Source: a bacterium (GTDB lineage Bacteria > Babelota > Babeliae > Babelales > UASB340). Taken from it: 64,000 bases of DNA. The notes under the pieces are model-generated. The model was not told the DNA's origin and did not search any database. It saw only the letters and a list, made by a program, of their open reading frames with translations. Position 1 is the stretch's first letter; each line of letters begins with the position of its first letter. The translations under genes and the position numbers were made by a program. Below are positions 59,309 to 64,000 of the stretch, piece by piece. Location of the stretch: the NCBI GenBank assembly GCA_030629005.1, contig DAOVPV010000007.1, positions 6,356 through 70,355 of the forward strand, read 5' to 3'.

Positions 59309-62300
59309 ATGAAAAAATTAATTTTATTATTAATGCTTTCCCTAATTGTCCCGCAAGAATCTTTTGCGGGAACAGGAACAGCAGTTGTTAAAAATAAAGC
59401 AAAAAATATCTATTTACGCTTCAATCCGCAAGCAGGCGATGCAAAGACTAGATGGATTTGGCCTGATCGAACAAAAAATTTTAAATTATCTAATAAAGGA
59501 TTTGATGTCACTGGAAAATGGCGAGCAGATTTACCGGGAGCACCAGATATAAAACCTAGAGTAGAAATGTATGCTCCAAATAGAAAAATTAAAAGTACAT
59601 CCGAAATTAAACCAGAGGACTTTATTGGTTTTGCGGGTTGTCCTGGCAAAATTAAAATTGTTCCAAACAAAAAAACATACGTAACTTATACAGGGAATGC
59701 AGACGAAGGTATTGTAATGTCCGCCTCCGAGCCAGGGCGTCCAAATACAATTATAGTAGAACCACTAGTAAAGAAAAACCCTCTTTCTTATGATAAAGAA
59801 CATACAACACATAGGCTTATAAATAGAACAGACAAGATTGTTAATGTATGGGTCACATTTGCACATATAAAAACAATGGGCATCATTGCAATGGAGGAAT
59901 TAGCAACCTACTTAACCTTTGGTGGATTGGGTGCTGCAATTCAAGCAGCAAGGGCTGAAGCTGCAAAAACGGGTACGAAAACGGTACTAAAAGCTTCACT
60001 TAAAGCCCCTGGTCAATGGTTGATGAAAAAGAGTGCTGTCATAAAAGGATTTGTAAGCAAAGGTGCAATAATAGCAAGAAGAGAAATAGCAAGAGCTCAA
60101 CGCGCTATAAACAAATATATAGCAAAAAAACAAGCCATTAAAGGCCAAAAAACAATTCTAGTCAAAAGCCTTGGATTTAAGACTATACAACAACTCGATG
60201 ATGACATCGTAAAAAAAGCTGGAAACTTTAGAGGACTTGCAACCAAAAATGTAAACAATAAATTCGGCAAAGAATCATTTGAAATATTAAGCAAAAAAAC
60301 TCAGGAAAAATTAATACTTGAAGAAGCACAAGCTCTAGCATTAAAACAAGTTTCAAAAAGAGCCATGAAAGCAAATCAAGTCGCAATATTAAAACAAGCA
60401 TTTGATAACGCCCCACTTGCGCAAAGAGAAGTATACGCCACTATATTCAATTCAACATATGATGATATGATTAAGAGTCTTAATAGAGGCTCTATCGATG
60501 ATATATTAAGCACTATGAGCAAAGGACTACCTGAAGGGAAAGTGATAGATGACGTATTTGACGATTTTATAACAATGGCAATTAAAAATTCACCAGATAT
60601 CGGACCAGCAATAAAAACCCTTCAAAGAGAATTGACTCAACTACAACTAGCAATTGTACCTAAAACACTTTCTCGTAAAATAGCTTTTCAAATAACAGTT
60701 AAAAGAATTGCAGCAAATATAGATAACACAATAAGACCTATTTTAATAAAAATAAAAGACCTTCCAAAAACAACAAAACAACGCTTCGAAACAATAACAA
60801 ATAGATACAGAAAATATGCCGCCGATAGAGCATTTAATAAAGAAGCAAAAAGACTATCTTCTATATCCTTATATGATGACATAGCAATAGCAGCAAAGAC
60901 AGCTCCAGAAGGCACAACCAGAGCTATTAACGTTATTGATAATATCACAGATGATTTTATTAAAACTGGAGATCAATTTACTAAGCAACTAGACAAATCT
61001 GTAAAAAAACTTGACGATCTAACATTAGAAAGATCTGCACTAAAAGATAAAATCACAATTAATCAAGAGGTTCTAATATCTGAAAAAACAACCGTAAAAG
61101 AAAAAGCAAGCCTATTTGATAAAATCATAGCAGACAAAAACAGATTAGGTAAAATCAAGCCACAAATTAAAACATTAACAAATGACATTAGTAATTTAGT
61201 GCCAACATCCATACCAACAAAAACGGGTCTTTTTGCTCCTGCAAGAAAATTTGTGGGCAGAGCTACAGGAGTTGCGGGCGATACAATCGCAAGTTCATTA
61301 AGATACACAAAAGAAAAACTAACAACTCTTGCAAACAAAATGAAACTACCTGAAGCATATAAATCAGCTTCATCAAAAATAAAATCTGTAGCAAATACAA
61401 CAAAGACAAAAATAAATGATGGTTATAATGCACTATCAAAAAGACTCACAGCGTTAAAAGAGTCTTTTGGTAAAATATACGTAAAAACAGTCATAAATTC
61501 TGATGAATTCTTTGAAACAGCAATAAAAGGACTTCAAGATCTAAAAGCAAGTTTCGGCAAAACATATGTAACTGGAGACGCTTTAGAATTAGCAATAACA
61601 AAACTAACAAAATTTAACACAAGATTAGTCAATGTTCTAAAAGCACCAGGAGTATCAACAAGCGCTGCAATTGCTGGCGATATCGCATGGAAACAAATAT
61701 TAGCAAACAAAGTACAAGCAGCACAAGCAAGAAAAATGATGCAGATGGAAATGGATCAGGCAGATATGGACTATGCAGCGATTGCACAAAGACTAATAGA
61801 CCTTGATTTAGACATTGACATGCTATACACAGAAATAGAGATCTTAGAAGCAATGCTTTCAGCTTTCCCAGAAAACACTGCTACAGAAAAAGACTTAGAA
61901 ACTAAATACATTGAACTTGGCAGACTTGAAGCTGAATACATAGACTACACAGAAAGAGAAGCAGTACAGCTATTCGTAATGTCGATTTTAGAAGACTACT
62001 TGGAAAAACTAGACGAAGGAGCTGCAGCAGCATTAGAAGAATACGAATACGAAGGAGAAGACGAATCCGAAGAAGAAATAGATCTAGGCATTACAAACTA
62101 TCCAATGCCTATAGGCAAAGAATACGACATCCGAACAGTAATGCCGTCTAATGCATTAACAGCATACTCCAACGCAACAAGTGGTGGCTACCACGCAACC
62201 CTAATGCCAGGACAAGTATTATGGTGTCGTGGTGGAGCAGATATTCACAACATGTTTATTGGTATACATTCAGGAGAAAACGACGAAGGTTACATTAAAT

Positions 62301-62479
62301 ACACAAAGAAATTTAACATTTATAATAAAGACTTAAGCAAAATAACAAAAAAACAAAACAACAAAATATGGATTCCAAGTCGTCACAAAGCAACCAAGGA
62401 ATGGACAGACATCTACTTCTCAGTAAACAATAAAACAGGTAAGGTCATAATAAAACCAACTGAACCTTACACAAAATAA
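59309..62479 (+). CDS. Large secreted hypothetical protein (1056 aa): conserved N-domain, long basic helical region, acidic segment, C-terminal domain
   Basis: Signal peptide ..SFA|GTG; first ~207 aa shared with the ORF at 62638. Confidence 0.8.
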   Translation: MKKLILLLMLSLIVPQESFAGTGTAVVKNKAKNIYLRFNPQAGDAKTRWIWPDRTKNFKLSNKGFDVTGKWRADLPGAPDIKPRVEMYAPNRKIKSTSEIKPEDFIGFAGCPGKIKIVPNKKTYVTYTGNADEGIVMSASEPGRPNTIIVEPLVKKNPLSYDKEHTTHRLINRTDKIVNVWVTFAHIKTMGIIAMEELATYLTFGGLGAAIQAARAEAAKTGTKTVLKASLKAPGQWLMKKSAVIKGFVSKGAIIARREIARAQRAINKYIAKKQAIKGQKTILVKSLGFKTIQQLDDDIVKKAGNFRGLATKNVNNKFGKESFEILSKKTQEKLILEEAQALALKQVSKRAMKANQVAILKQAFDNAPLAQREVYATIFNSTYDDMIKSLNRGSIDDILSTMSKGLPEGKVIDDVFDDFITMAIKNSPDIGPAIKTLQRELTQLQLAIVPKTLSRKIAFQITVKRIAANIDNTIRPILIKIKDLPKTTKQRFETITNRYRKYAADRAFNKEAKRLSSISLYDDIAIAAKTAPEGTTRAINVIDNITDDFIKTGDQFTKQLDKSVKKLDDLTLERSALKDKITINQEVLISEKTTVKEKASLFDKIIADKNRLGKIKPQIKTLTNDISNLVPTSIPTKTGLFAPARKFVGRATGVAGDTIASSLRYTKEKLTTLANKMKLPEAYKSASSKIKSVANTTKTKINDGYNALSKRLTALKESFGKIYVKTVINSDEFFETAIKGLQDLKASFGKTYVTGDALELAITKLTKFNTRLVNVLKAPGVSTSAAIAGDIAWKQILANKVQAAQARKMMQMEMDQADMDYAAIAQRLIDLDLDIDMLYTEIEILEAMLSAFPENTATEKDLETKYIELGRLEAEYIDYTEREAVQLFVMSILEDYLEKLDEGAAAALEEYEYEGEDESEEEIDLGITNYPMPIGKEYDIRTVMPSNALTAYSNATSGGYHATLMPGQVLWCRGGADIHNMFIGIHSGENDEGYIKYTKKFNIYNKDLSKITKKQNNKIWIPSRHKATKEWTDIYFSVNNKTGKVIIKPTEPYTK

Positions 62480-62494
62480 AACATTTGATTCTGC

Positions 62495-62534
62495 AAATAG
62501 GAATGGCGAGCAAAAATGCTCGCCATTCCTATTT
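62495..62534 (+). terminator. Perfect 18-bp hairpin after the 1056-aa gene
   Basis: AAATAGGAATGGCGAGCA-AAAA-TGCTCGCCATTCCTATTT. Confidence 0.8.
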
Positions 62535-62535
62535 A

Positions 62536-62556
62536 TCGGAAGAAACATTTAATGTT
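62536..62556 (+). repeat. 21-bp core element
   Basis: TCGGAAGAAACATTTAATGTT. Confidence 0.95.
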
Positions 62557-62637
62557 CTTGATATTTTTTTTAAAAAAAACATATATTCCAAAATGTATAA
62601 TTAAGAACTTTAAAAGCATTATGTTTTGGGAGAAATT

Positions 62638-64000
62638 ATGAAAAAACTAATCTTGTTACTACTACTCTCCATTGCCATGCAAAACTCATTCGCAGGCACA
62701 GGATATGCAGAAGTAAAAAATGAATCCGAGGATTTGTATTTAAGATTTCATCCTCAAGCGGGCGGAGCAAAAGCTAAATGGTTAATCCCTGGAGAAACTG
62801 AAATTTTTAAATTATCTAATGTAGGATTTGATGCCTCTGGAAAATGGAGAATAGATTTACCAGGAGCACCAGATATTAAACCTAGAGTAGAAATGTATGC
62901 TCCAAATAGAAAAATTGAAAGTACAAGCGAAATCCGACCAGACGAATTTGTAGGTTTTGCAGGATCTGCAAATAAAATAAAAATTGTTCCAAATAAAACA
63001 ACCTATATAACTTACAAAGGCGATGCTCAAACAGGTATTAGCAAAACTGTATCCATTCCTGGAAATAAAAGTAAATTTGTAAAAGAAAAAAAAGAAGAAA
63101 AAAAACCTCTTTCTTATGATCTTAAAAATACAACACATCGACTTATAAATAGAACCGATAAAATAGTAAACGTATGGATCACATTTGCACATATAAAAAC
63201 AATGGGCCTCATGGCAATGGAAGAATTAGTAACATACTTAACCTTTGGAGGATTAAGCTCAGCACTACATGCAGAAAGAGCTGCCTTAAGATCCGCAGCT
63301 AAAAAAGCTGGTCACAAAGGCATAGAGAGCATGGGTAAAAAAGCATTAAGAGATCTTCTTAAAGAATCGGCTGACGAAATACCAAGACGCTCTTTGGTCA
63401 AAGCAACCGGTGCAGCAGGTCAATGGCTAATCAAAGACAGTATATTTGCTATGGGCGCAAGAAAACTAGGGAGTATATTTACCAAAACAGCAGCATCAAA
63501 ACAAGTAACAAATCAAACCGTAAATAATATCGCAGAAAAAATAGCCGCAAGGGCAATGCTCCAAGTAACGGACGCTAATAGTTTATCTGCAATCGCAAAA
63601 AGACGGTTACAAATGATCGCAGACCTAAAATCGGGCAAAGTTGCCGAAGAACTTGTAGAAGGAGCATATCAAAGTGGAATTAAAAAAATAGATAGTGCTC
63701 TTACCGCCATTGATGCAACAGGAATAAGAAGACATGCAGATGATATGACTGGCCAAATACTAAAAACAAAAGGTGCAACAAAAGCAGAGTCTAAAGTGGT
63801 TCAAGAAGTCAACACGCTTGCAACAAAATTAGATACATTAAACGGCAAAATACCTAAAATTAGAAATCAAATATCAACAAAACGAGCTGAATTAAGAAAG
63901 CTTAATAAACAGTTAAGAGAAAATAAAAAAAGTTTTGCAAAGGACACTGCAACAAAAAGAAAAGAAATATCAACAAAAATTACAAAGGTTAAAACAAAAT
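62638..64000 (+). CDS. Paralog of 59309-62479, runs off the window (not in ORF track)
   Basis: GGGAG RBS; MKKLILLLLLSIAMQNSFAGTGYAEVKN...DLPGAPDIKPRVEMYAPNRKI...HRLINRTDKIVNVWITFAHIKTMG..EELVTYLTFGGL. Confidence 0.85.
   Translation, partial: MKKLILLLLLSIAMQNSFAGTGYAEVKNESEDLYLRFHPQAGGAKAKWLIPGETEIFKLSNVGFDASGKWRIDLPGAPDIKPRVEMYAPNRKIESTSEIRPDEFVGFAGSANKIKIVPNKTTYITYKGDAQTGISKTVSIPGNKSKFVKEKKEEKKPLSYDLKNTTHRLINRTDKIVNVWITFAHIKTMGLMAMEELVTYLTFGGLSSALHAERAALRSAAKKAGHKGIESMGKKALRDLLKESADEIPRRSLVKATGAAGQWLIKDSIFAMGARKLGSIFTKTAASKQVTNQTVNNIAEKIAARAMLQVTDANSLSAIAKRRLQMIADLKSGKVAEELVEGAYQSGIKKIDSALTAIDATGIRRHADDMTGQILKTKGATKAESKVVQEVNTLATKLDTLNGKIPKIRNQISTKRAELRKLNKQLRENKKSFAKDTATKRKEISTKITKVKTK

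Noticed and set aside
30552-62556. CRISPR array interpretation of the 21/36-bp repeats
   Set aside because: Copies are dispersed at irregular, kb-scale distances, many lie inside genes, there are no regular spacers, and there are no cas genes in the window.
2194-63192. Many short antisense or overlapping ORFs in the track (e.g. 4827-5183, 10614-10997, 30380-30904, 41795-42172, 62857-63192)
   Set aside because: They are shadow ORFs opposite well-supported genes and have no recognisable motifs.

Overview
AT-rich bacterial chromosome segment. From its gene content it is probably a Dependentiae/TM6 (Babelota)-like host-associated bacterium; this is an inference and was not verified. Bases 1-17.5 kb hold the str-S10-spc-alpha ribosomal superoperon on the minus strand (rpsL to the 5' part of rpoA), without rpmD or adk at their usual positions. 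Housekeeping and envelope genes follow: rseP, lpxC, rplM, pyrG, pepP, lptD-like, recR, yidC, a split biotin carboxylase, truB, tolQRAB, ftsH, rpmB, rpsT, cca, murC, and ffh-rpsP-khpA-trmD(fusion)-rplS. There are two tRNA genes (Ala-GGC, Phe-GAA) and several signal-peptide hypothetical or effector-like genes. The main unexplained signal is a nested family of tiny repeats between 30.5 and 62.6 kb. I count 19 copies built on a 21-bp core, TCGGAAGAAACATTTAATGTT. It also occurs as a 36-bp form (added CACACGAGTGTG hairpin) and a 69-bp form (a further 33-bp covarying hairpin). Nine copies lie in frame inside proteins (SEETFNV and longer peptides in AccC, BCCP, TruB, TolA, TrmD and two hypotheticals). 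One overlaps the ffh stop codon, and others sit beside tRNAs and at the gene boundaries of a secreted-protein cluster. The inner hairpin also occurs alone, inside another copy of itself, and directly on both tRNA CCA ends. No cognate transposase is encoded in the window.
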